Source: Octopus vulgaris (taxonomy: Eukaryota). Taken from it: a DNA stretch of 64,000 nucleotides. Shown here piece by piece: positions 28,957 to 41,939 of the stretch; position 1 is the stretch's first letter; every line of letters starts with the position of its first letter. The notes under the pieces are model-generated. The model was not told where the DNA came from, made no database searches, and saw only the letters and a list, made by a program, of their open reading frames with translations. The translations under genes were made by a program, and so were the position numbers. Location: positions 33,046,001-33,110,000 of the forward strand of contig OX597825.1 of NCBI GenBank assembly GCA_951406725.2. Reading direction: 5' to 3'.

Positions 28957-29990
28957 TTGATGCTGGTCGACATTCAACTACTTCGACTAACTAAACTAAG
29001 AGACTTACAAATGATTATGGATCATTCTACTGCTGGGTTGTTGTTTATATCTCTTGTCTTTTTCTAATTATTTCATCTCAAACTCCCAGTGCTGAATACT
29101 AAATATCAATCTCACTTGAATCGCTATAATTAGTCGGCAGCAACCTTAATAACAATTCATCCTGCAAAAAGGAAAAAAAAAAAAAAGAAACCATAACAAG
29201 AAGGCTTCTTATTAGCTTTTCTAAAGACAATTTTCAAATGACGAAGGAAATGATGGCGTTGGAGTAACGCTTTAAACTAAAATTAAACAACATGGCGTCC
29301 AAATCTTGTTACAAATGCACTGGTTCAAATTGGCGTCCAGCTACCGCTAACGCTTTAATCTTTCATTTCTCTATATACTCATCCAGTGCTGTAAAATCTA
29401 AAACAATATTTTTAAAGTTATAATCTGCTGTCAATACGTATTTATTGGATTGTTCATTTTAACCAAAACTTCAAAATTTTAACTGCCGTGCATCGTTGTT
29501 GAGGATATCAACACTGCATAAAACTTGAAGGATATTATCAGATGACTGAAGGAAAAAGAAAAACAATGTTATGTGCTAAAACTTAGATTTAAAACCGAAA
29601 AAAAATATTTTGAAAAATACAAAAAAAAAATGATAATAAAGAAAAAGAAAACACCAAAAATAACAGAGGGTGAAAACTAAAGGAAAATATTGGTTTAATA
29701 TTATTTCGATCAAAACCAAAATTGATAAACATATAAACATGGAACTGTCGTTTATTTGCGTCAACTAACAGTGAAAAGAAATGGGCGAGGTTTGTGTCTT
29801 ATGCACAAATTTTGGTAAATTAATTCACAAATACATATATACGTTCATTTATACATACATCCATACATACATACAGACATATATATATGTTTGTATATAT
29901 ATATATATATATACATATATATATGTATGTATGTAAGTATATATATATCTGTATAAATATATATATACATATATATACACATATATATTA

Positions 29991-30047
<57 letters not shown>

Positions 30048-30350
30048 ATATGAAACAAATTCCTTGGCTAAATAATATTAAAGGAATCAAACGGATTCCA
30101 GTTGGCAGAAATGGTAGGTATATTTTCATTCATTTAGAAGTACAACACGACATTCCGGGTTCAAATACTGTCAAGATCTCAGGATAAACTTTTCTACTTA
30201 TCTTTCTCGAAACGATAAAATTAATACCAGTGTTATACGGAGTCCATTCAATAAATGTAAAAATGATCGCCTTATGATAGCAAATGTTATCTACAATAGA
30301 AGATAATGTATCATTTATGAAACTAATTCATTTTGCCTTCTTCCAAAACA

Positions 30351-30393
<43 letters not shown>

Positions 30394-30497
30394 TTATGCA
30401 CACATATATATAGATGTATATATATGTATAGATAGATATATATATATATATATATATGTATAGATATATATATATATATGTATAGATATATATATAT

Positions 30498-30531
<34 letters not shown>

Positions 30532-30885
30532 TAATCGGTATACGCATGTATATTATGTATGTGTATATACACATATGTATGCACACATACGTTACGTTTC
30601 TGTGTATATAATTCATATGATATTCATAGTATCCTAGTATCTTGTGAAGTCTTTTGTATAATTATGTATCTTTTTAGCAATTTTTGTTTGGAAAAATATT
30701 CCCGAATTTCTATGGTCTTCTATTCTTTACTAATGTATATGGTCGCAATAGCAACAAATATTACAATATATACAAACACATATATCGATGTGTTTGTGTG
30801 TGGTGTGTTTAGTTATCAGTGTATATACGTGTATATATATGTAGTTTACACTTAAGATCCAGAAATTCTCCGTAGTAGAGCTCAA

Positions 30886-30919
<34 letters not shown>

Positions 30920-30922
<3 letters not shown>

Positions 30923-31314
30923 CGCAGGAGTGGCTGTGTGGTAAGTAGCTTGCTTTACCAACCACATGGTTCCGGGTTCAGTCCCACTGCGTGGCACCTT
31001 GGGCAAGTGTCTTCTACTATAGCTTCGGGCTGACAAAAGCCTTGTGAGTGGATTTGGTAGGCGGAAACTGAAAGAAGCACGTCGTATATATGTGCGTGCG
31101 TGTGTGTGTGTGTGTGTGTATGTGTGTTTGTATATCTGTGTTTTGTCCTCCCACCGATGTTGACGTATCTACGTCACCGTAACTTAGGTGTTCAGGAAAA
31201 GGAACCGATAGAATAAGTACTAGGCTTACAAAGAATAAGTCCTGGGGTCGATTTGCTCGACTAAAACGCGGTGCTCAAGCACGGTCTCAGTCAAATGACT
31301 GAAAGAAGTAAACG

Positions 31315-31315
<1 letters not shown>
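30920..31315 (+). mobile_element. SINE family A, full length
   Basis: Consensus head to tail; flanked by (TA)n. Confidence 0.92.
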
Positions 31316-31352
<37 letters not shown>

Positions 31353-31410
31353 CGTTTATTTCTTTCAGTCATTTGACTGAGACCGTGCTTGAGCACCGCG
31401 TTTCAGTCGA

Positions 31411-31413
<3 letters not shown>
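31254..31413. repeat. Local inverted duplication of a SINE tail around a (TA)n spacer
   Basis: 31351-31413 is the reverse complement of 31254-31316, including copy-specific variants (GCTCAAGCACGGTCTC). Confidence 0.9.
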
Positions 31414-31456
<43 letters not shown>

Positions 31457-31901
31457 TATTATCAGTCTTTCCGTAGACGAAACTATGACTTTTGCTATGG
31501 AAAATGGCATCAGTTGATTGCCAGTCGTCGCTGAACGGTTTTTATTTCAGTGATTCCTCATCGTAGATGGGCTGTCTTCATTAAGACTGGTAACCACCAT
31601 TTGTCCTTAATTATTTTGGATGGTCGTTGACTCGCCTGAGCTCCTCTGTCCTTTGACAGATCTTGGTTTCCATCCCGCAAGATGTTCAAAAATCATCCTG
31701 CTCACCAAGTAATCTTGATGGGATTGCCGGTTTAGTCACTGAGGACTTGACCCTGCAACAGGATGAATTGGGTTACCTGTTACCAGTAGTGCGAGTGTGA
31801 TCTCACACACACATGTGTGAATAAAGTATATATACATATATGTAAGTGTTTGTACGTGTGTGTGTGTGTAGATAGACAGACAAGCAGACACAGATAGATA
31901 A

Positions 31902-31962
<61 letters not shown>

Positions 31963-31979
31963 CAGATAGACAGACAGAC

Positions 31980-32095
<116 letters not shown>

Positions 32096-32808
32096 CGTAT
32101 CATTTTTACAACTATATGGTGTACATGTCGATTTCTTCAGAACGCCGAAGTAGATGAGATATTAATTCATTCTTAGCTATGTAATGGCATGGTGTACTTA
32201 TCTATCACAGGTAACACTATCAAGAGATAAGCATCTTATATTTTGATGATGTCACTCTTGATAGACATTGAAACCGAAAATAAGCAATATTTGGTCCTTT
32301 CGAGTGTTCGTACACATACACCCAATGCTAGATAAGCTGCATAAGGAAATGTTTGGATTAATTGATCCATAGAATTAAAAACAACTACTTTTCTTTCTAA
32401 ATTCACTTTCTATTTAATTATTTCTGTTGACTAAATACGACTATTTGTCTTCATCAATATTATCTATTCACATTATTTGAATTTGAAAGTACAAAATTTT
32501 CACAGGTTACTTGGAAAAATAAAGTCCAGGAACATTGATATCATTTTTTTCATTTTGCGGTGCTTCCAAGAATAAATCAAATTATAACAATTTTGAAAAC
32601 AATCACTACTAATACAAAACAAGACAATGCGGCACTGTTTATTGAATTGACTCCAATTCCTCAACGGTATTTTCTTTATCGATTTCAGAAGAATGAAAAG
32701 CATAACTGACTCAAGCAGGTTTGAATTCAGAAATAATATTTAAAAAATTTAGTGTGGTTTTCTACCAATACTTATAACTTGACAACCATGTATAATAATA
32801 ACAATAAC

Positions 32809-32891
<83 letters not shown>

Positions 32892-33327
32892 TGAAGTTCG
32901 TCCGTTTCTTGGTTTTAAGAGTAGTCGTCGATATGCACCAAAAATTCGTAAACATAACTATTACAAATTTTAATTATTTTTTGTTAATATAGTTACAGTT
33001 TTAATGTATTTTACTGTATAATGCTGACAAAAAAATGTTCCTATATTTCTTCTTGCAGATGCATAATTGTGCGTCAGGAAAAGGCTGTGGATATTTGTCC
33101 AAAGTAACTGCAATTGTTTCCTGTTCAATTGTGAAACATTTTTGGAAGTCAAAAGCTTTTGCTTTTACACTTGGACAGTATATTAGTATATTAAATTTTT
33201 AGTCATCGGTCTGGATATCGTTTTATTGTGCCCGTCTGAATACGATCCTTAAATACAGTTTGCTTTTCTCTTACCCTTCTTTCTTCAGTTTACTGTGCAG
33301 AACTTCATTCACTAATGTTATTATTTA

Positions 33328-33393
<66 letters not shown>

Positions 33394-33472
33394 CACAATG
33401 TTCATATTATAGTACATCATAACCATAACAATCAATTTTAATCAAAGATGCAAGCACACAATTATAAATATT

Positions 33473-33521
<49 letters not shown>

Positions 33522-33537
33522 ATACACATATATATAT

Positions 33538-33578
<41 letters not shown>

Positions 33579-34509
33579 CACATACAAACACATATTTTCA
33601 CATACAGATAAATACAAACACACACGTCTATATGTGTGAGTGTATAACTCTGTGCGTGCGTATGTGCTTGTGTGTGAGTGTGTGTGCAAGTGTGCGTGTG
33701 TATGTGTGATTTGGCAGTTCAAATCATACTACGGCTCCAAACTTTTGCTAAGTGCGCCATTTTCAATCTGCTATATTAAAATTTAAAATTATACATTATA
33801 ACCGTGCCCCTACATATTCAATTCCAAAACCTTACCCCTTCCACCAAAAATGAATAAATGAAATAAAAATACATATATTATCATAACTGTTTATATCTAT
33901 ATTGGTTCCAAATGATTTTTTTTACTAAACAATATTCCACGTATACTAACCTTAACGTATCTCCTCTAAGTTGTTTGTCTGTCTTAATCTTATATGCATA
34001 ACATTTTTGCCTCAAAGCACTAGACATTAAAATGGTATTTAAAATGAAAATGAATTTTCTATTCTGGCAAATTGTGTAGAAGTTGAAATTATATTCCAAA
34101 TATTTTTTTCGATATGGTCAAACTTGTTCTTAAATACAATTTTTCTCTTCAAGATTTTCTTTATTTCTTTTTTTCTAACATTTTTCGAAATTTTTTAGCA
34201 TCTGTCTTTGGTATATCTCTTTCATACAATCAAATGGCATTGGCATATATGATTGAACATATATATATGTATTGAACATATATATATATATGTATATAGA
34301 CACACAGACATGCATCGATGTGTGTGTGTATGTGCGTGTGTGTATGGTTTGTGCTGCGTGTATGTGTCTACTGGTAACTATAGACTACGATAATATATAA
34401 TATATAAAAATATATACACACACATGTATATATAAAAATATTCATATAAATATATATATATATATAGCAAACATAATTGTAAGAGCATTTCTCCATTATA
34501 CATGTGAAT

Positions 34510-34575
34510 AAATGCTAAGCATTTGTTTATGCATCATTTTTGCACTTTTGTGTCATTGTATATTATATATATGTA

Positions 34576-34621
<46 letters not shown>

Positions 34622-34717
34622 CATAAACATATAATTTATATATATATATGTATATATGCATATGTATATATATGACACAAAAGTGCAAAGACGTTGCGTT
34701 AACAAAAGCTTAGCATT

Positions 34718-34718
<1 letters not shown>
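34510..34718. repeat. 47-bp imperfect inverted arms enclosing a TA/TG microsatellite
   Basis: AAATGCTAAGC..TTTGCACTTTTGTGTCAT / ATGACACAAAAGTGCAAA..GCTTAGCATTT. Confidence 0.75.
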
Positions 34719-34777
<59 letters not shown>

Positions 34778-34902
34778 ACATTTACGTATGAACAGATTTT
34801 CATTGACATAATGATTATACACATACACAAGTACTTACACAGAATCATAAATATATGAATATATGTGTGTATGTGTCTGTGTGTGTGTGTACTTGCAGAT
34901 AA

Positions 34903-34965
<63 letters not shown>

Positions 34966-35053
34966 TTATATATATATATACATCCGTATGTATATATATA
35001 TATATATAAACATTACATAAACATATATATACACATATATTCATATAAGTATG

Positions 35054-35119
<66 letters not shown>

Positions 35120-35179
35120 TAGATATTATAGTTATAGATATATATATGAATATATTTATATATGTATATACTTATATAG

Positions 35180-35218
<39 letters not shown>

Positions 35219-35477
35219 TAAGGACAACTACTTAATAAGGAAAACTTAACAAGAAATTGTCAGGTAGATAGCGTAAGAACCTCATAAGAGAAAAAATTTC
35301 GAAAATAATTATTTCTTATTGAACATATTAATTTATATATAGAGGGCATTATATACATGCCAGAAGGCATTATACATACATGCCAAACGCTAAGAGGGAC
35401 AATTAGTCATTTCTACCAAAAATATTACTAATCCCACCGAATGCAATTTTTCAAAGTAAGACATTTAAAAATATATA

Positions 35478-35523
35478 GACCTGTATCACAGTGATTTCAT
35501 ACTTACGTACTCATCAGCAGGCC
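35478..35523 (-). ncRNA. Mirror copy of the minimal hammerhead ribozyme on the minus strand
   Basis: Exact reverse complement of 35520-35565, produced by the palindrome. Confidence 0.78.
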
Positions 35524-35565
35524 TGCTGATGAGTACGTAAGTATGAAATCACTGTGATACAGGTC
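35520..35565 (+). ncRNA. Minimal type I hammerhead ribozyme
   Basis: Stem I GGCCTG/CAGGTC; CTGATGA; stem II GTAC-GTAA-GTAT; GAAA; stem III A-TCAC-T-GTGA-T; cleavage after AUA (35559). Confidence 0.82.
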
Positions 35566-35701
35566 TATATATTTTTAAATGTCTTACTTTGAAAAATTGC
35601 ATTCGGTGGGATTAGTAATATTTTTGGTAGAAATGACTAATTGTCCCTCTTAGCGTTTGGCATGTATGTATAATGCCTTCTGGCATGTATATAATGCCCT
35701 C

Positions 35702-35772
<71 letters not shown>

Positions 35773-35936
35773 TAAAAAGTATGGCAACGTATAGCTACTT
35801 GCATTTAGATATACAAATATATGCTTTTCTTCTACCTCTTAAACAATAAAGTGTATAAGTGTATTGGCATGTAGAAACAACATACATGCATACAAATGTA
35901 TATACATATACATGTATGCTTATATATATATATATA

Positions 35937-36297
35937 TATGGATCAAAACAGTTTGATTCAAATTCGTTGGTACCCTTGAGCCTCTAGCGTGATGCTAGTC
36001 GTCAGCCATTTTGAATTTAAATGACAGAAGTCGTTTATTATTGACGTAAGGTGGGTAGCGATTGGTCGAGGAAGGCCACGCGGTGTCGTGGTTTGACGTT
36101 GGTATATGGGTAACTAACTGTTATCCATATACCAACGTCAAACCATGACACCGCGTAACCTTCCTCGACCAATCGCAGGAAACCTTACGGTAATAACAAT
36201 CAACTTCTGTCATTCGGATTCAAAATGGCTGTTGACTAGTCTCACGCTTGAAAATGAAGGGTACCAACGAATTTGACTAAAACTGTTTTGATCCATA
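35937..36297. mobile_element. 361-bp rod-like fold-back element (MITE-like, TA-flanked)
   Basis: Pairs end to end from TATGGATCAAAACAGTTT/AAACTGTTTTGATCCATA to a 5-nt loop at 36115-36119. Confidence 0.85.
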
Positions 36298-37167
36298 CAT
36301 GTAGCACCCAATAAATTTGTTGGGTACCCCTCTTTCGTTTGTATGTATACATATGCATGTATGTATGTATGTATATATATATATATATGTGCATATATAT
36401 GCGCATAAATACATATACGTATATACGTACACACACACACACACATACACACACACGGCGTGTCGTTGTGCATTTCCTTTGTATACATGAGGAGGCTATC
36501 ATAATTATACCATACTGTCAAATTACTGTTAATTAGAAATTCTTCAAATGTGAGTACATACATCAATTAGCACACTCCATTTTTCTTAATTGCACAAACA
36601 GACCCACTCTCTCCGATAAAAAGTGTGTGCGTGTGAGTGTGTGTATATATACACACACACCCATACATGCGTGTCTATGTATGTGTGTATGTATTTATAT
36701 GTCTATACGGGTTGTATGACATCACTTCCTGCGAATCCTCATATGTAATTATATTGATTAATATTTCATTACATCCGGGTTTCCATTCATTCATGCACTA
36801 AACGCATACTGCGATTCCCTTGAGAACTTGCAAGAATATTACGAAACCTTTCATTAGTATATTTATTCAAAATAGTATAAATTTATCCACATTTCAATTT
36901 GGTTGCTGAAAGTTCAGTTCAAAGGATGTTATTTATATCCATCTTTAGGGTCTTCTTTGTTACAAAACCACACACACACACACACAAACACACAAACACA
37001 CACACATACACACATAAAATGTGTGAATCACCAGAACATAACAGAACAGTATTTGTCAGTATGTCTGCCTGGCTGCTTGTCTGGTTACTTCTAAGAAAGA
37101 AAATAATTAGCCGTTCTATTTTTATTTCATTTTTTGTTTACTTCAACTTTGTATTTTTGTGCGAATT

Positions 37168-37224
<57 letters not shown>

Positions 37225-39092
37225 GTTTTATTACTAGTATTGTTATTATTATCTTTTTTGTACTATTTTTAACTTTCGCCACCGCCGGAAACTAGAAATA
37301 CAGCTGTTCTGGAATATGGGAAGATTTATAAATGATTCTTTGTCTGAAGAAAAAAAAATAGAAATTGAATTGCAATGTCTGCTGTGTGTGAGTGCAACTC
37401 TGTATGTGAGAGTGTAAGTGTGAGTGAGAGTATGAGTGAGAGTATGAATGAGAATGTGAATGAGTGTATGCTCGTGTTTTGATTATTTTTTTTTTATCTT
37501 TGGTTGTGATTGAAGACTGAAAGGATTGTGTTCTTGTATTTTTCGGTCATCAGTTTATCGGTTTATCGGTGTAAAGGCATCGATTTACTGCTGATAAAAA
37601 TAAAATGAAATAAAATAAAATAAAATACATAAATAAAATTTCAATGATGGTTGTGAAGGAGAGTTCTTCCCTGTTGTTTGTTGATCCCCCGGAAGTTTTT
37701 CATGTTTTTTTCTTGCATCATTCATTGGTTACAATATTTAATATAAATTTCGTCGAGTGCCTCGGAGCCAAAGGTTAAAAATGAAACACCTAGTGAGTGG
37801 GCACCACGACGCAATTTTCATTCATATCTTAAAATCTTAAGCCCCTATCATTACTTAACTAATATCATTTATGCTTATGAGAAAGGCATGAACGTTGCAA
37901 CAGCTCATTTTATTTCAAAACTACAGGGCATCGTGCCTAGTATTACCAGTTCGAAAAATAAGTTCCTCTGCGGTTATATATTATACAGTTATAAGAAATA
38001 TTTGCTATTGTCTCGGAGAACAGCAGCAATTCTTCACTGTTTTTGTAGAATCCTTACGACCAGTTCTACAGAGTAATTCAGTAAATCCCAGGCAAAGTGT
38101 ATCCAAGACACTTCATTCGATTTCAGTTTTGAAATATTGCACTTCATTACACTGCTAAAGCCCCTAAAAGAAATGCATCAAAATCATGCAATCCTGCTAC
38201 AATACGTTTTTGGTATTGTACCTAAGTAAAACTCATTATTATCATTATATGATTATCATCATCATCATCATCATCATCATCACCATCATCATCATTATTA
38301 TCATCATCATCAACACTCTTATGTAGACCAATAAATCACTTATTTGCATAAAAAAAAAGAGAGAGAAAAAATGGAATGTTTTATCATTTTCTATCATTTC
38401 TTCATCGTTTATTTATTTTTCATTTTATTTATTTTTTTCTTCATCTGAAATCATTGCCAAAAATAAAAATAACAGAAAAGTAAAAAAAGCAAACATTTTT
38501 TTTTTTCCTACAGAAAAGTGAGCAAGACAATCAATGTTCACCAATAATTTAGTTTTCAATTTTCTCGCGTCAGGAGAAGATTTCGAAAAAAAAATTGATA
38601 AAACGAAAGCGAGGAATCGAAAGAGGAGGAGAACGGGTGATAGTAGTGGGAGAGAATGGAGGAGAGTGGAGGGAAATAATTTTCTGTAAGACGAAGATAG
38701 AGGTGAAACAGCTGTTTTATGGAAATCTATAAAAATAAAACACAGAAATGTAATAATATAGCTACGTTTTATCTGTAGGATGAACTACCAGAGTACAGAA
38801 TAATTTTTGCTTGAGGAGGTTTCTTGAGAGCATTCAATATCTGCAGTAGAGCAAATCATAATAAATCTACACATACAGCTCCCTCATTCAACTCTCTTCA
38901 CACACACATATCACACGCACACATACACACACATACACTCATATACACACATGCACACGTACGCGCGCACACATATATATGCACTTGCACACACACGTGC
39001 TCACACACATACACATGCACATATGCACACACACACACAGACTCACACGCTCACACTCAATAAACTATCAGTTTCCCTCTCTGATATTTGTA

Positions 39093-39170
<78 letters not shown>

Positions 39171-39277
39171 CGTGTGCGTGCGTGTGTGTGTGTGTGTGTG
39201 TGAATGTATTTCTTATGTATATGGATAGAGTGTGACAGAGGCATGGACAGAGACACAGATAAATAAAAAGATAGATT

Positions 39278-39456
<179 letters not shown>

Positions 39457-39474
39457 TTATAAGTATCGTATATC

Positions 39475-39740
39475 TCTTATTTGTTATCTTTTACGTGTTT
39501 CAGCCATTAGACTGCGGCCATGCTGGGGCACTGCCTTGAAGAATTTTTAGTTGAATGAATAGACCCCAGTACTTATCTTTTAAAGCCTGGTACTTGGTTT
39601 ATCGATCGTTTTTGACGAACCTCTAAGTTACGGAGACGTAAACACACCAACACCGGTTGTCAGGCGGTGTGGGAAGAAACACACACACATACACGCTCGC
39701 GTGCACACATGCACACACACACACACACACAAGCACGCGT

Positions 39741-39776
<36 letters not shown>

Positions 39777-39940
39777 TTACATATACGACGGGCTTCTTTC
39801 AATTTCCGTCTACCAAATCCATTCATAAGGCTGTGATCGAGCCGGGGCTATAGTAGAAGACACTTGCCCATGGTGCCACGCAGTGAGACTGAACCCGGAA
39901 TCGTGTAGTTGGGAAGCAAGCATTTTGCCACACACCCATT
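39475..39940 (-). mobile_element. SINE family A, diverged
   Basis: Reverse-complement family A motifs with internal (CA)n. Confidence 0.82.
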
Positions 39941-39964
39941 CCCTCAACTGTGTATGAGCTATAT

Positions 39965-41260
39965 ATATTTTTAATCCTTGCTGAGTCTGAAGGTAGGGAA
40001 AAGAAGCGCTTAGGGCTTTTACAAATTCTTCTGGACCAGAATTAACGATACCTTTAATCTTCCTCCTGAACCTTTGTATGTCAACACCTGCAGGAACAAG
40101 GTATGAACAAGGAAGGAATTCCAGAAGGATGACATTCTGAAAAATAAGAATTGTGTGAAGTAATTTATGTGGAGCTTGTTGGAATTTGGACACAACAAGG
40201 TATGTGGGAAGAGACGTATAAGATAGGAATGTCTAAGATCCCAGCCAGCTGCGATAAATAATTAAAGAGGAGACAGTACTCTTGCAAGCCAGAGAGCGGA
40301 ACGTGTCTGTGAGTTTATGTTAATCTATCGGACGGTCCTTTTCTGGATGTAATCTGGGATGTTTTTGTATGCAGCAGCACCGTCCCAGTTGTGAGAGCAA
40401 TTTTATGTAGTGGGCCTGACCTTAGCTTTGTAGAGTTTGAACAATTTTTGAAGAATTATTTTCTACCTCTGAAAACAAGGGTCAATCGTTGACATGTAGT
40501 CTTTTGTTAAGGATAAGCTTTCATCATTATCTTGGATAATTGAACCCTACAATTGTAACGATTCTGAGGACTCTAACCGAGTGTTGTTCATGGTTAAGAG
40601 TTGGGATCAAAACCATAACCTGAGACACGTCAGAGTTGATAGGTTGAAAGTAGAAATAGTGCGATCTGATTGAAAGCTACCGATCAAAAAAAGTTTATTG
40701 GCGGAAAATTTCGACAAGTGTTTCGCATACCGGACTCGGTAACAAACTTTGCTGATGTCGAGTGATAATATTGCTATCATCAAATTTCTCCAAAGGAATA
40801 ACTCACGGGTGAGTGACAGACAATAGCAGGTCCTCAGTGGATCTGGCCTTGTGGAAACTGTAGTCGTACTCATTAAGAAGAGAGAAAGATACAAAGTGTT
40901 GGAGGGTGTCGTTGATAACGTCTGACTCTATTACCTCAAAGATATTAGATCTGAGTGCAGTGAGTCAGAGAGGTTGTATTTCTTGGGTATAAGATACACT
41001 ATAGTGTGTTTCCAACGATCAGGGTATTCCCTGTCGTGGAGCAGAGTTTGTTAAGTATCGGGCTAGGTCCGAAATGACATAAAGCTTAGGGGTATTTGAT
41101 GGGATACTGTCAAGGTCATTGGCCGTGTTATTTTAAAGTGACCGAAGATAGTTTCGTACTTGGCATGGAAATAGGTAAGATGGTGGAGCTGGAGGAGTGG
41201 AAGGGAATAGGGGATTTACCAAGTGTGTGCAGTGTGATCCAAAGATTAAATAGATATCGA
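39965..41260 (-). mobile_element. Decayed LINE reverse-transcriptase region (Jockey/CR1-like superfamily)
   Basis: Minus-strand remnants EYPDRWKHTIVYLIPKK and LSLDISKVCYRVRY..LSK resemble the LINE RT motifs P..WK.A.V.PIPKK and ALDISKAFDRVWH..LL.KL; many frameshifts. Confidence 0.7.
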
Positions 41261-41345
41261 TATATTCACAGACTTCCACAAATACTTGTAGGCTCTTACA
41301 ACTCAATATGCATTTCTGTTATATCAATATCCTGCGAAGATAGTT

Positions 41346-41939
41346 CCTTATTTCTTCATTGCCCACAAAGGGCTAAACATAGAGGGGACAAACAAGGACA
41401 GACAAAGGGATTAAGTCGATTATATCGACCCCAGTGCATAACTGGTACTTAATTTATCGACCCCGAAAGGATGAAAGCCAAAGTCGACCTCGGCGGAATT
41501 TGAACTCAAAACGTAGCGGCAGACGAAATGCCTATTTCTTTACTACCCACCAGGGGCTAAACACAGAGAGGACAAACAAGGACAGACAAACGGATTAAGT
41601 CGATTATATCGACCCCAGTGCATAACTGGTACTTAATTTATCGACCCTGAAAGGATGAAAGCCAAAGTCGACCTCGGCGGAATTTGAACTCAAAACTTAG
41701 CGGCAGACGAAATACCTATTTCTTTACTACCCACAAGGGGCTAAACACAGAGAGGACAGACAAACGGATTAAGTCGATAATATTGACCCCAGTGCGTAAC
41801 TGGTACTTATTTAATCGACTCCGAAAGGATGAAAGGCAAAGTCGACCTCGACGGAATTTGAACTCAGAACGTAACGGCAGACGAAATACGGCTACGCATT
41901 TCGCCCGGCGTGCTAACGGTTCTGCCAGCTCGCCACCTT
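41346..41939 (-). mobile_element. SINE family B head-to-tail trimer
   Basis: Three ~185-bp units with junctions at ~41530 and ~41714; AAGATAGTT on both sides as a candidate TSD. Confidence 0.88.

Larger units (their letters stand above)
35214..35712. mobile_element. Penelope-like pLTR-type element in (TA)n containing a 382-bp spacer-less palindrome (35331-35712)
   Basis: Mirror symmetry centred on CAGG|CCTG at 35521/35522; the left arm extends ~115 bp further to the (TA)n tract. Confidence 0.75.

Noticed and set aside
35975-36010. Minus-strand CTGACGA-CTAGC-ATCAC-GCTAG hammerhead-like start
   Set aside because: No GAAA, stem III or stem I follows on that strand; the opposite arm has GAAA but a broken core.
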